NCBI GenBank assembly: GCA_965215265.1
Contig: OZ244048.1
Coordinates: 4,288,001-4,352,000 of the forward strand
Direction: 5' to 3'
Length of the DNA: 64,000 nt
Source: Candidatus Poribacteria bacterium
GTDB lineage: Bacteria > Poribacteria > WGA-4E > WGA-3G
Positions 43,345 to 53,034 of the stretch are shown here, one piece after another. The notes beneath the pieces were generated by a model. That model searched no databases. It saw only the letters and a program-made list of their open reading frames with translations, and was not told where the DNA came from. A program made the position numbers and the translations under genes. Every line of letters starts with the position of its first letter. Positions within the stretch are counted from its first letter, which is position 1.

Positions 43345-43837
43345 ATGTATAATGTTTTCACGGTTTTAATTGTTTTGCTAATAGCGTCTCTACTTCTTGG
43401 GGTAGCTGCTCCTACACAACCTGCAGATGCACAAGCACAAGGATGGGGCGAGGCCGGCAAGTGGCTATGGAGAGGCATAAAGTGGATTGGTGCTGTCATC
43501 GCGGCTAAGGAAATTGAAGATGCTTGGGATGGTGACGATGGCTGTTACGATTCTTGTAGTTGCTGGTTATGCGTCAGATGCTTTTATTTCGGAGACGAGT
43601 GACGATAGCTGTTACGATTCTTGTAGTTGTAGTCCGTCTAGCCCCTGTCATTCAGGATGTGATTGTGAGGAGTCTTATTCCTACACTTGTAATGATTGCG
43701 GTTATAACTGGTCAGGAACGGACTACGATGAATATATGGAGGTTTCTGGTAATCATTCTTGTACTGAAAGTGATTATTCAGATTGGTGCACTTTCTGCGA
43801 GGAAGAGCATTATAACTGTGGTGGGTATGGATGGTGA
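43345..43837 (+). pseudogene. Secreted Cys/acid-rich small protein frameshifted by a 67-bp insertion
   Basis: AGGAGG RBS and signal peptide; deleting 67 bp joins the two frames into one 141-aa ORF. Confidence 0.75.
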
Positions 43838-43840
43838 TCT

Positions 43841-44137
43841 ATGAGATGGTCTTTAACTCTGATTCTTGCTATAGTCTTTGTAATTGGTTTTCTTTTAAGC
43901 CAGTTCACCGATCGTTTTTTTGACAAGTCTATGAGATGGTCTTCAAGATCAAGCCTGATTCTGGCTATACTCTATGTAATTGGTTTTCTTTTAGTCCGGT
44001 TCACCGATCTTTCTTTGTATTGGTTTATTCTACTTGGACTCGTTTGTGCCGGAATAGATATACTGCTAGGTTGGAAACAGGAACACCGGAAGAAGCCCTT
44101 TGACAAGATTCAGCGTGGAGACTTGGATCGTCTCTAA
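43841..44137 (+). CDS. Small membrane protein with an internal duplication
   Basis: Two MRWS..LILAI..VIGFLL..FTD units plus a third TM. Confidence 0.6.
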   Translation: MRWSLTLILAIVFVIGFLLSQFTDRFFDKSMRWSSRSSLILAILYVIGFLLVRFTDLSLYWFILLGLVCAGIDILLGWKQEHRKKPFDKIQRGDLDRL

Positions 44138-44471
44138 TCTATAGTAGGGGACAGGTTCCAAAAACCTGTCCCTACCGGCACGCTCACATGTCCGCCAATT
44201 GACAAGCCTGTCTATAACTGATAACACGGAGATTTTATTATGTTTACACGCAAACAATTTGTCGCATTAAGTTGTGGTTTCCTACTTCTCGGGAGTGTTG
44301 CACTCTATTTATATCAACAGAATACTCCGGTCCCCGAACCTATTAAGGTTTAAAAAGTCACAAAGCCAACTCAAAGGGCAGCAACCTCTGTGAGAGCACC
44401 CATCCCTGAACACAATGCAGTATCGGAAGACATCAGTGGATTTCCATATCCGCCCCTTTTGGAGTTCTTTT

Positions 44472-44747
44472 ATGAATCGGGTTCCTATTGTGTATTTTGT
44501 AGGTTTTTTTGCGGGTGTGTTTGGTGCTATTACTCGTCAACTTACCAATCACTGGTCCGCTTTTCTTATTTGGGTTTTCCTGGGTTTAGTGATATCGTAT
44601 CTGTTTAATAAGGATGTATTCAGGCTACTCCCACATAACCCTAAACCTGCCCCTAGACCTGCCCGAGGGGCTTATGCGGAATATCTGGCACGCAAACAGG
44701 AGAAGAAAAAGTTGAAAGCGTTGAACCGGCAGCAGAAGAAAAGATGA
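44472..44747 (+). CDS. Small membrane protein with a basic tail
   Basis: GGAG RBS, two TMs, Lys/Arg-rich C-terminus. Confidence 0.5.
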   Translation: MNRVPIVYFVGFFAGVFGAITRQLTNHWSAFLIWVFLGLVISYLFNKDVFRLLPHNPKPAPRPARGAYAEYLARKQEKKKLKALNRQQKKR

Positions 44748-44925
44748 AGACGGGTTTGCAAAATATCGGTGACATCTTCGGAGAACCGAGCGCCCTATTC
44801 ATGCGTCTGACATCGGCTTCTTGGTAGCGTCAGCATCTTAACTTTATCAAATTTCCAAGTGAGGAGTTCGCTACCCAAGAGTTGCAGCATCTCTTTGATA
44901 TACCCCAAAAGTAAAGAGATACCTA

Positions 44926-45153
44926 TTTTTGTATACTAGAGCCCCACAACGGCTGATGCATTGTTAATCACTGTGTACATCTCGTCAGAGCCTTTCTAGG
45001 TTATGAATCATAGCATAGAAACGGTAGAGAAACAGCCTGGTTCGTCCAACTTAAGTCTCTTTCTAGGTTATGAATCATAGCATAGAAACCCTCCTACGAG
45101 ATTTATGCAAGGGTTATCAAAACATCAATCAGTATTGGGCTTCAGTATACAAA
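44926..45153. repeat. Complete family A element carrying a spacer-like insert
   Basis: Both arms present; the central core is duplicated around 36 bp. Confidence 0.85.
44992..45089. CRISPR. Single-spacer repeat-spacer-repeat unit
   Basis: CTTTCTAGGTTATGAATCATAGCATAGAAAC (31 bp) identical at 44992-45022 and 45059-45089; 36-bp insert at 45023-45058. Confidence 0.65.
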
Positions 45154-45767
45154 CAGTCATCACTGTACTACAATTATAAAGATTTTTATATGAAAACTCT
45201 TCAGAATCAGGCGTTTATTAGCACTCCAATCCTAAATTTCATGCTACATCCGTTCCTTATAGAGGTTTCTACCACCACCAAAACGCCCACCCCCACTTTT
45301 TGCGCGCAGGAGGAAGCCTCCGCCACTGCTAAATGTGCCAAAAATACAGTAATCCGGCGAGGATACCTAAAATCATGAGTTTCCACCATTCAGAATTCAT
45401 TTTGTTCGCCTTTATAGTAGAATAGAAACCTGCCAGTAACTGGTCGTGCACCAAGTCCTAATCGATCCACTTTTTACTTATTCTTTCGACCTCTTTTGTG
45501 AATTTTACCATCAATATAATACATGGATACGCTCTAATGCTGCAGTGCGATGCCAACTTCCCGCGCGTTGCCTCGGGAGAAATTTAAAGACTATACATAC
45601 CGAAGGCCGCTCCTTATCTTTCATCCCATTAGCAACCCGGCTATTAGTAGAAATAGGCATGCACCCAGGGGCGATGTAAAGGAACTGCAGATGTGTTTCA
45701 TCATTTTCATCGCTGTATTGTAAGGGCGGATGGTTTCATCCGCCCACATGAACTTATAGAAAAGAAA

Positions 45768-46661
45768 TTAGGCGTGCCGGGGCCCCATCGCATAAGCCGG
45801 CTTTTCACCGAATTGCTCAATGAGCCAGCCGCGTAACGGGACATCCTCTTCTGTGGGTACATAACGGCCGTTGTTTCTCACGGCAGCACCGAGCAGCTGC
45901 CTCCGAATCGCGTCGCAACGTTCATAAAGCGGTTCAACCGTCATTTCGTCTTTCGGCCGGATCCATCGATATCCGTAGCCGTAAAAGAGTGCCTTTCGAG
46001 TTAACTGGGAGTGGTTGGGGCTGCGCGAGTGCCAGAGTCGTCTGTCAAACAGGACGGCGGTGCCGGGTTCTACACAGACCGGCATTGCATCTTCAGGGAC
46101 AGCCGTGGCGGTTCCCTCGCGTGGGTCCCGGCTAATCTCGGACTCCGGTACTGGCATATCCGAGAGGTGGCTCCCAGGGCGTATATAGAAATTGCCACGC
46201 CCGGGTTCGGAGACATCTGTGAGGAAATATGCTACCTTCAAGGAGATACGCGGGCGCGGATTGGTTTCCAGCTCAATGTTAAGGCGGCCGCTGTCTTGGT
46301 GCCATTCTAACCATCCTTCACTCTCTTTGGCATCTGCGGCTGCGGGCGGTTTGACATGCATATGCGCGTGGTAGAGATAGATATTCCATCCCAAAATCCC
46401 CCAGACTTTGGGCAACGTTGTCGGCAGGTCTACCAGATCTAGAAGCGCGTCGTCTGCTCCTAAAAAATCTGACCAGCCCCAAGGGTTACCGGGCTTGGCT
46501 CTGCCTGTGGCGATTGCTTTATGGTGAAGGGTATCCACGGCTCGCGTTAGCGCTTCTACCTTTTCTGGGGATAGCGCGTTCGGCACGTACAGGTAACCTT
46601 GTTCTTCAAAATGGGTCTGTTCTTCTTCTGTGAGTAAGTGCTCAAGGCATTCTCCGTTCAT
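45768..46661 (-). CDS. PhyH family dioxygenase
   Basis: WHQD, RPGSH, LFDRRLWHSR; clear paralog of 1436-2281. Confidence 0.9.
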   Translation of the reverse strand: MNGECLEHLLTEEEQTHFEEQGYLYVPNALSPEKVEALTRAVDTLHHKAIATGRAKPGNPWGWSDFLGADDALLDLVDLPTTLPKVWGILGWNIYLYHAHMHVKPPAAADAKESEGWLEWHQDSGRLNIELETNPRPRISLKVAYFLTDVSEPGRGNFYIRPGSHLSDMPVPESEISRDPREGTATAVPEDAMPVCVEPGTAVLFDRRLWHSRSPNHSQLTRKALFYGYGYRWIRPKDEMTVEPLYERCDAIRRQLLGAAVRNNGRYVPTEEDVPLRGWLIEQFGEKPAYAMGPRHA

Positions 46662-46720
46662 GGTAAATTCTCCTGAGTCGCGGTGTGCGTATGCACGCCG
46701 CGCTGAAAAGATATTGTGTG

Positions 46721-47584
46721 TTATCGCACAAAACGTGCGAGAAATTCACGAGAGCGGCGGAGTCCATCTGACTCTGATTCCCACGTTCGCCAGTAGCGAT
46801 AATCTTCGAGTTCAACACTGACGATGCCATCGAATTCCTCGTCCTCTAAGCGTTGCACGACTTTCAGCCAGTCAACAACGCCATCACCGGGGATGGTATA
46901 GCGCCACCATTCTTCACCGAATCCGCGTGCGCTGCCGAAGCTTGGGCCCAAATTGCCGTGGAGATAGAGTGCTTCTTCGTCGAAGACGGTGTCCTTTCCA
47001 TGGACGTGTTTCACATAAGGTGCAAATTCGTTAAGGGTGCGTAGGTAATCAATCCCGATTCGGACTAGATGAGACGGGTCGTAGTTGAGCCCCAATCCTG
47101 GTGAGGTGCATTCAGCGAACATCGCGCGCCACATTTCGGGTGTGCAGCCGAGTGCCGGATAGGTGGGAGGAGGGCCGGGCCAACCTTCCACAGCGATAGT
47201 GACACCGTTTTCGGCAGCGAACTCAGCGATCGGCGGGATAGTTTCCTTCCAAATATCAAAATTTTTGGCACGACCGAGGCTGGCATCCTCCGGTACAAAA
47301 ACGCAAAACATAATCCGAACGTCGTTTTCTGCAGCAGCTTGGATGGCGTTTTTGGCAGCAGCAGCACCGGATCTCTGTTTAGACTTTTTAACGCTGAGGA
47401 GGTCACTAACCCCTGGTAAATCCGCTGTACCGATGACGAGCCCTGCATCTCTCGCGGTTTTGACAATTTCCGGAGTGACTGCTCCAATATCAACGGCTTC
47501 AAATCCGTTATCCGTGCACCACTGGCAGAAATCGGCAAAGGGTAATTGGCGAGCTGTACCGGGGATGCGTAATCCAATTTTCAT
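46721..47584 (-). CDS. Sugar phosphate isomerase/epimerase (xylose isomerase-like TIM barrel)
   Basis: AVEGWP, NYDPSH, HVHGKD, PGDG.VDW, SVELED. Confidence 0.9.
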   Translation of the reverse strand: MKIGLRIPGTARQLPFADFCQWCTDNGFEAVDIGAVTPEIVKTARDAGLVIGTADLPGVSDLLSVKKSKQRSGAAAAKNAIQAAAENDVRIMFCVFVPEDASLGRAKNFDIWKETIPPIAEFAAENGVTIAVEGWPGPPPTYPALGCTPEMWRAMFAECTSPGLGLNYDPSHLVRIGIDYLRTLNEFAPYVKHVHGKDTVFDEEALYLHGNLGPSFGSARGFGEEWWRYTIPGDGVVDWLKVVQRLEDEEFDGIVSVELEDYRYWRTWESESDGLRRSREFLARFVR

Positions 47585-47596
47585 AATTTTTCCTTT

Positions 47597-48817
47597 CTAA
47601 AATCCCATCAACCCGCAGCAGCGGCGGCAGACCGGCATTGGCCCATCATTACTAACGGACTGTCGGAATTTAATTGCCTTCTGGTTATTCCACATATCCA
47701 GAACCTTATCAGTTTTGATATTGCCGATGGTGTAGTCGTGGTAGTCGCGACAGAGACTCACGTCCCCGTTACTGTCAATCTCCATCGTCATGTAGATGCT
47801 GACACATTGGTTGTACCCAAAAGTCTGCTTATGGTCAGTATAGTATCGCTGGATTTCCCCGCGCGAGTTTAACCTCGGCATCATAATAGGCGGGCACCGT
47901 CGCTGCTTTTCGGCGAGGTTTTCCATCTCCTTAAACCTATCCAGAATGACCCCGTGGTCAAAGTCTTTCCAGGTGCCAATCCATCCATAGTGCGTTTGCG
48001 GTTTGAATCCGAACCGGCTTTCAAAATCCTCTGTGTGTTCTTGTGCAGACTGGGAGTCAATCCACCATGTCAAATAAAAGATCTGCGCGTCGGCATATTG
48101 ACTCGTGAACTTGTAGAGGTCAACCACGACATCAATGTTGTACATCGTAACGCAGCTGAGCGGTATGATGTATGGAAAAGCGAGGTTACGGCGTTGCTTC
48201 TCTGCACTCAGGGTTTCCAATGCAGCTTTGACATCCTTAAAGTTGTCGTACTTAGGCGACACGCCTGGACGTTGCGTGTTATGAATTTCCTCGTTAGGTC
48301 CGTCAACACTGAGGTAAATAATCTTGCAGGTTTCCAAGATATCGTCAGCGCGTTTGGCAATGTTGGTAGCGTTGCTAACAAGAGAGATGGGCATACCCTT
48401 CTCTTTGATATAGTGCATTAATTCAATCAGGCCGGGGTACAGCATCGGTTCGCCGCCCCAGATGTACCAGACAGGTGCCCATCCAGCATCCACAATCTGA
48501 TCGACGAGGTGCTTATAGGTTTCGACGGGGACTTCGCGCTGTTTGAGTTCTTTAAGCGAATGCCCCAACAGGTACCCGTTATCTCCCCATTGTCCGCAGG
48601 AATGGCAACGTAAATTACACATATCTGTAATGCGGAGGCTTACCAGTTGAAGTGGGTCGCCTTTGCCATGCTTTGCACGTAGCGGGTGCCGCAAGTTGAA
48701 ACTCTCTTTTGCCAATTGGTATCGAATCAATTTACGCGAGGTGTCCCAGTCCTCCGATATAGCAGTCGCAAGCTGGTTGACGAGAAACCGGGACGAAATT
48801 CGACTTCGTAGTGCCAT
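47597..48817 (-). CDS. Radical SAM protein with a SPASM/twitch domain
   Basis: CNLRCHSC, GGEP, C-terminal C...IDSNGDVSLC...GNI...CRRCC. Confidence 0.9.
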   Translation of the reverse strand: MALRSRISSRFLVNQLATAISEDWDTSRKLIRYQLAKESFNLRHPLRAKHGKGDPLQLVSLRITDMCNLRCHSCGQWGDNGYLLGHSLKELKQREVPVETYKHLVDQIVDAGWAPVWYIWGGEPMLYPGLIELMHYIKEKGMPISLVSNATNIAKRADDILETCKIIYLSVDGPNEEIHNTQRPGVSPKYDNFKDVKAALETLSAEKQRRNLAFPYIIPLSCVTMYNIDVVVDLYKFTSQYADAQIFYLTWWIDSQSAQEHTEDFESRFGFKPQTHYGWIGTWKDFDHGVILDRFKEMENLAEKQRRCPPIMMPRLNSRGEIQRYYTDHKQTFGYNQCVSIYMTMEIDSNGDVSLCRDYHDYTIGNIKTDKVLDMWNNQKAIKFRQSVSNDGPMPVCRRCCGLMGF

Positions 48818-48845
48818 CTATTCTCCTTTCTTTTCTATTGTGCGG

Positions 48846-49259
48846 CTAAGCATTGTCCTCAGGCTTAATAAGTATCAGGGCTGCCGAGTTCATGCAGTAG
48901 CGTTTACCCGTAGGTGAGGGACCGTCGTTAAAGACGTGCCCGAGGTGTGCATCGCAGCGACTACAGAGGACTTCGGTGCGCGGCATGAAAAAGAGGCTTA
49001 AGTCTCTTTTGGTTTCAATGCTTTCGGGCGAAACGGCTTCCCAAAAGCTGGGCCAGCCGGTTCCCGAATCGTACTTTGTATCTGAAGTAAAGAGCGGATT
49101 TCCACAACAAATGCAGTGGTAAGTCCCGTTTTCTTTACAATTATGGTACTTGCCTGTGAAGGCGCGTTCTGTCCCTTTCTTACGGGTTACTTTGTATTCC
49201 TCAGAAGTGAGTTGTTGTTGCCATTCCTCATCGGATTTAATGATTTTTTCTGCTACCAT
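48846..49259 (-). CDS. msrB: Peptide-methionine (R)-S-oxide reductase
   Basis: GTERAFTG, KYDSGTGWPSF, HLGHVF.DGP, RYCMNS. Confidence 0.95.
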   Translation of the reverse strand: MVAEKIIKSDEEWQQQLTSEEYKVTRKKGTERAFTGKYHNCKENGTYHCICCGNPLFTSDTKYDSGTGWPSFWEAVSPESIETKRDLSLFFMPRTEVLCSRCDAHLGHVFNDGPSPTGKRYCMNSAALILIKPEDNA

Positions 49260-49383
49260 TTTTCGCTCCTCTGACGAACCTGTCGCGTTCGGCCACCGGC
49301 TCCTCATTTTATCAATGCGAATACTATACCAAATTTTGCTAAAAAAGACAAGTGTGATTTTAAGTTGACATAATCTATATTAG

Positions 49384-49757
49384 TTTCGTCTACTGCAGCA
49401 CAACGAAGGCAGTTGTAATGCTAAACCCTAGCACAAATCTCGTCGGAGGGTTCCGATGCTACGAATCTAAACAGAAAAAACCTCCGACGAGATTTACATC
49501 GAAGTCAACAAAAACATAAACTTTTATCGTACTGAAATATACGAAAACACAAATCTCGTTCTTTCGTCTATAGGAGCCCAATAAAGGCTGCTGCTTTTTC
49601 GTATACAGGAGCCCAATGCCAGTTGCCGCTATATTAAATCCTTTACAAATCTCGCCGGAGCCTTCTTATGCTATGAATCTAAACACCAGGCGGCTCCGAC
49701 GAGATTTACACAGTGATTAACAATACATCAGCCTTTATCGGGCTGCAGTAGACGAAC
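49384..49757. repeat. Cluster of family A elements (two full copies and fragments)
   Basis: AAATCTCGTCGGAG-33 bp-CTCCGACGAGATTTAC cores at ~49436-49498 and ~49647-49710. Confidence 0.85.
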
Positions 49758-50190
49758 ATTCTTGTTCACTCCTTCAGGATGCCTTGTTCTGTTAATCGTG
49801 AAATCAGTGCCGCTTGTGTCCCTGTCCCTTTCGTTGAATTGCAAGCAGCACAAAGCAGTTGCAGGTTCTCTATATGGTTAGTGCCCCCTTTGCTTTGGGG
49901 TGTGATATAGTCTACCGTCAAGTTTCGATAATGGAACGGATATTGACATCCATTGCATTTGCCTTGCTGCCTACCAAATAACTCGGGTTTGTGCGTTTGG
50001 TATCTGGGTAAATGCCGCTGCATCTCTATCTCCTCAGCGGTGTTCGTCCGTTCCGGTGCATCTTTGCGAACAATCACATCTGTCAACGGATTGAATAAAT
50101 TAGCGGCTTGGTTGACCTCATCCGACAGTCGTAGTTTTGTGATGTCCTCCGCATCGGGCGATATGTCTATGCCAACCCATTTCCGATGTA

Positions 50191-50351
50191 TTTGTATATT
50201 TCAGTACATTAACGCCTGATGCTTTGTCAATCACTGTATAAATCTCGCCAGAGGTTATCTATGCTATGATTCAAAACATCGGAACCCTCCGACGAGATTT
50301 GAAAAGGATTTAACATTGCAGCAGCCTTTGTGGTGCTGCAGTATACGAAAA
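50191..50351. mobile_element. Family A element inside the methyltransferase gene
   Basis: TTTGTATA...GTATACGAAAA ends, 33-bp core. Confidence 0.8.
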
Positions 50352-51100
50352 ACCATATCGCCTTCATTTGAGGACGCTTTGATGATGCGTTCTAAGAGCG
50401 CGAGGGGCTTCTGCGTCGGATAGCCAGTGTCTTCTTTGCCCTTTACAGGCGGCGTGTCAAGAAACAAGTCCCCGGCGACAACCCCCGGCATCGCAGATAA
50501 ATACTTCTTCCATTGCGGTCTGCCGATTTTACCTTTGGGCCAGTGCAGCAGTCCCGCGGCATCAAGAACTTCACATTTTGCCAGTGGGTCGAGCGCTTCA
50601 TAATTATCTGGCAACAGTGTCTGTGCAGAAGCCGGAAATTTCTTGCGAGCCGGGGGTGCCCATGCCCGACCCGGCGGCGGTTCAATGCCTTTCAAGGGCA
50701 GATACGCTTTGCTGCTGCCTGCTTTTCCACCCGAGAGATCCGCTGTGCCGTATTTACCATGTTTGTCCCGACCGCGAAACGACTTCTGTATATATTCATC
50801 GGCATAAGGAGAATATTGTTGATTCCAAGTTGCCCCCTTGGACTTGATATAGTAGAGAATTCGGTCGGTGTTTACCGCGTAGCGTTTCGCCAACGATTTC
50901 GTCGAGGTCCGCTTCCAAATCACCTCATTCCGAAAGTGATTACTTCCGAACAGCGAGTCCATCACGGCTTTTAGATAATGGCTGGCGGTCGCATCGCAGT
51001 GCAGATATATGCTACCTGTCGGCTTCAAAATACGGTGCATCTCAAACAATCTCACCGCCATGGCTGTCAGGTATATCTTCATCGACGTGTCAAATACGTT

Positions 51101-51261
51101 TTTTGTATACTGGAGCCCAATAAAGGCTGCTGCAATGGACACCCTAGCACAAAACTCGTCGGAGGGTTCTGATGTTTTGATTCATAGCATAGAAAACCTC
51201 CGACGAGATTTACACACGTATTATCACGACATAGGCGGTGATGGTACGGAGATATACGAAA
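51101..51261. mobile_element. Family A element inside the methyltransferase gene
   Basis: Removing it restores the frame QASD-NVFDTSMK. Confidence 0.85.
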
Positions 51262-51545
51262 ATCGGATGCCTGAATCATCTGATACAGTTCCTCGTGTTG
51301 GGCAGCGATCTGTCCGTGCCATTCGTCTTTGATGTCCTCGTCTGTCCAGATGTCTTTGAATGCCGCGCCCTCTGCTGGAGAGCCTATCGGTGCTTTCCAC
51401 TGTTTGCCCGATTTAAACGGCGGATCCAGATAAATCAGGTCTATCGTGCCTGAATCCATACCTCGCATAATGTCAAGATTGTCAGCAATAAAAAGCGTTC
51501 TATTCTCAAAGTTCATCGTGTACTCTGTCTAAAATAATACGGTTT

Positions 51546-52745
51546 CTATTTTTTCTTAACCGTCCCGAGAACTCGACACGTCGTTGCAGAAAGAATTTCA
51601 TATTCCACATCGCCCCACACAATCTTGCGTTGGAAGACGGCATACACTGCGTTAATCCCAGCGAGAAAAATTGAAAATGGGGTAGCATAAGAAGTGATGC
51701 GAATGGTATCCTGCATCTTCGGCATTTGGCGTAGCCAGTGCGGCAAATTCAAGCAGAAAATGCGGTAGCTGAATGCCTCCAGAAAAGGGACAAACACAAG
51801 GGGCAGAAGCCCTTTCTGAGAGAATAGAAACGGAAGCGCTCCGAAAACCAGTAGGGCCTTCGGGAGAAATATAACCAGACTCCCCAGCCATTGGATCCAA
51901 AGCCCCATGTGAAACGTCATAATCATCTGTCGGTTTGTGAATTCAACAATCTGGTTCCAACTCCGGTTTGCCGTGCGGGTGACGGCAACACAGTCTGGGA
52001 CAAAATGAACTTTCAGCTTAACGTCTCTGACGGCCCGGGTCGTGTTGAGATCCTCAATCGTTGCGTGCTTCCACCGTTTCAGAAGTTGAGATTTCTCTAG
52101 GAATTCACGACGGAAGGCGTTAGAGCCGCCCCATACCATTGAAAACCGGTGATCCCCTTGTAAACCCATCTGGAAATTTACCCAGATGGCTTCAACAAGG
52201 GAGGCGCAGTTCCACGTCTGTGGGAAATAGAAGCGCCCGCCCACGGTTGCCCCGATTTTTGTGTCCTGCAGCGGTGTGACGAGCAGCGTTAGCCAATCTT
52301 CGCGTATAGCTACATCTGCGTCAACAAAGGCGATGACTTCAACATCATCCGATAAGTTTTCTATGACCGTCAGGAGGTTCTGCACCTTTTGCGACCTGCG
52401 GAGTTTATTGTCAATAATGTTTGGTGCCAACACGACGTGAATATTCGGTGAGGTTTCCGCGAGTTTTTGCAGATGTGGATAGGAGACATCGTACCCAGTG
52501 TGCTCTTTTTGGTGTGTGACAAAGAAAATGTCGTATTCACCCGCGTAATCTTGCTGTAGGAGCCCCTTGACATGTTCGGCGGTGTTATCGTCCCATCCGT
52601 AGTGGGGTGCGATAATAGCCGCTTTTGGCGTATAAACCGGCCAGACCTTTTTTCGTTCACGACGCGAATACACAAACGAGTGGCTAAGCATTAACAGTTG
52701 GATAAGGAGAAAAAAATAAGTGGTTGCAATAATGTATATATGCAT
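51546..52745 (-). CDS. GT2 glycosyltransferase, HpnI/ceramide glucosyltransferase-like
   Basis: N-terminal TM, LLQQDY, KVQNL, FVDAD, WGGS, TIEDL, RQ; C-terminal TMs and IVWG..Y. Confidence 0.8.
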   Translation of the reverse strand: MHIYIIATTYFFLLIQLLMLSHSFVYSRRERKKVWPVYTPKAAIIAPHYGWDDNTAEHVKGLLQQDYAGEYDIFFVTHQKEHTGYDVSYPHLQKLAETSPNIHVVLAPNIIDNKLRRSQKVQNLLTVIENLSDDVEVIAFVDADVAIREDWLTLLVTPLQDTKIGATVGGRFYFPQTWNCASLVEAIWVNFQMGLQGDHRFSMVWGGSNAFRREFLEKSQLLKRWKHATIEDLNTTRAVRDVKLKVHFVPDCVAVTRTANRSWNQIVEFTNRQMIMTFHMGLWIQWLGSLVIFLPKALLVFGALPFLFSQKGLLPLVFVPFLEAFSYRIFCLNLPHWLRQMPKMQDTIRITSYATPFSIFLAGINAVYAVFQRKIVWGDVEYEILSATTCRVLGTVKKK

Positions 52746-52746
52746 G

Positions 52747-52979
52747 TTTTCGTATACAGGAGCCCCATCATGTTTATGTTTTGTTAACTCCGATGTACAT
52801 CTCGTTTTTTTGTATATCTCCGTACGATCAACGTTTATGTAATAATAACTCGTGTGTAAATCTCGTCGGAGATGACTTAGGGAATGTCTCTAAAAATCAA
52901 AACATCAAAAGGCTCAGCCGAGATGTACATAGGATTTAGCAATAGCTACGCCTTGAGAGGGCTCCAATAGACGAAAAAG
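52747..52979. repeat. Family A arm plus a full element (41-bp core)
   Basis: The full element is a near-identical inverted copy of 54940-55112. Confidence 0.85.
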
Positions 52980-53034
52980 CGTTGATGGTTAAGAATTGTC
53001 CCTGCTGGCAGGGACAATTCTTAACGGAGAGATA

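Larger units (their letters stand above)
49766..51516 (-). pseudogene. N6/N4 DNA methyltransferase-HNH fusion broken by two family A insertions
   Basis: DLIYLDPPF; RILKPTGSIYLHCD; YPTQKP.ALLERII; WVGIDISP; C-terminal C..C...L.VDY..P.SKGG....NLQLLC..CN..K. Confidence 0.85.

Noticed and set aside
43838-43990. Direct repeat TCTATGAGATGGTCTT
   Set aside because: Period 90 and in frame; an internal protein duplication, not the 67-bp signature
45218-45226. TTAGCACTC, a CIRCE half site
   Set aside because: No second arm 9 bp downstream and no chaperone gene nearby
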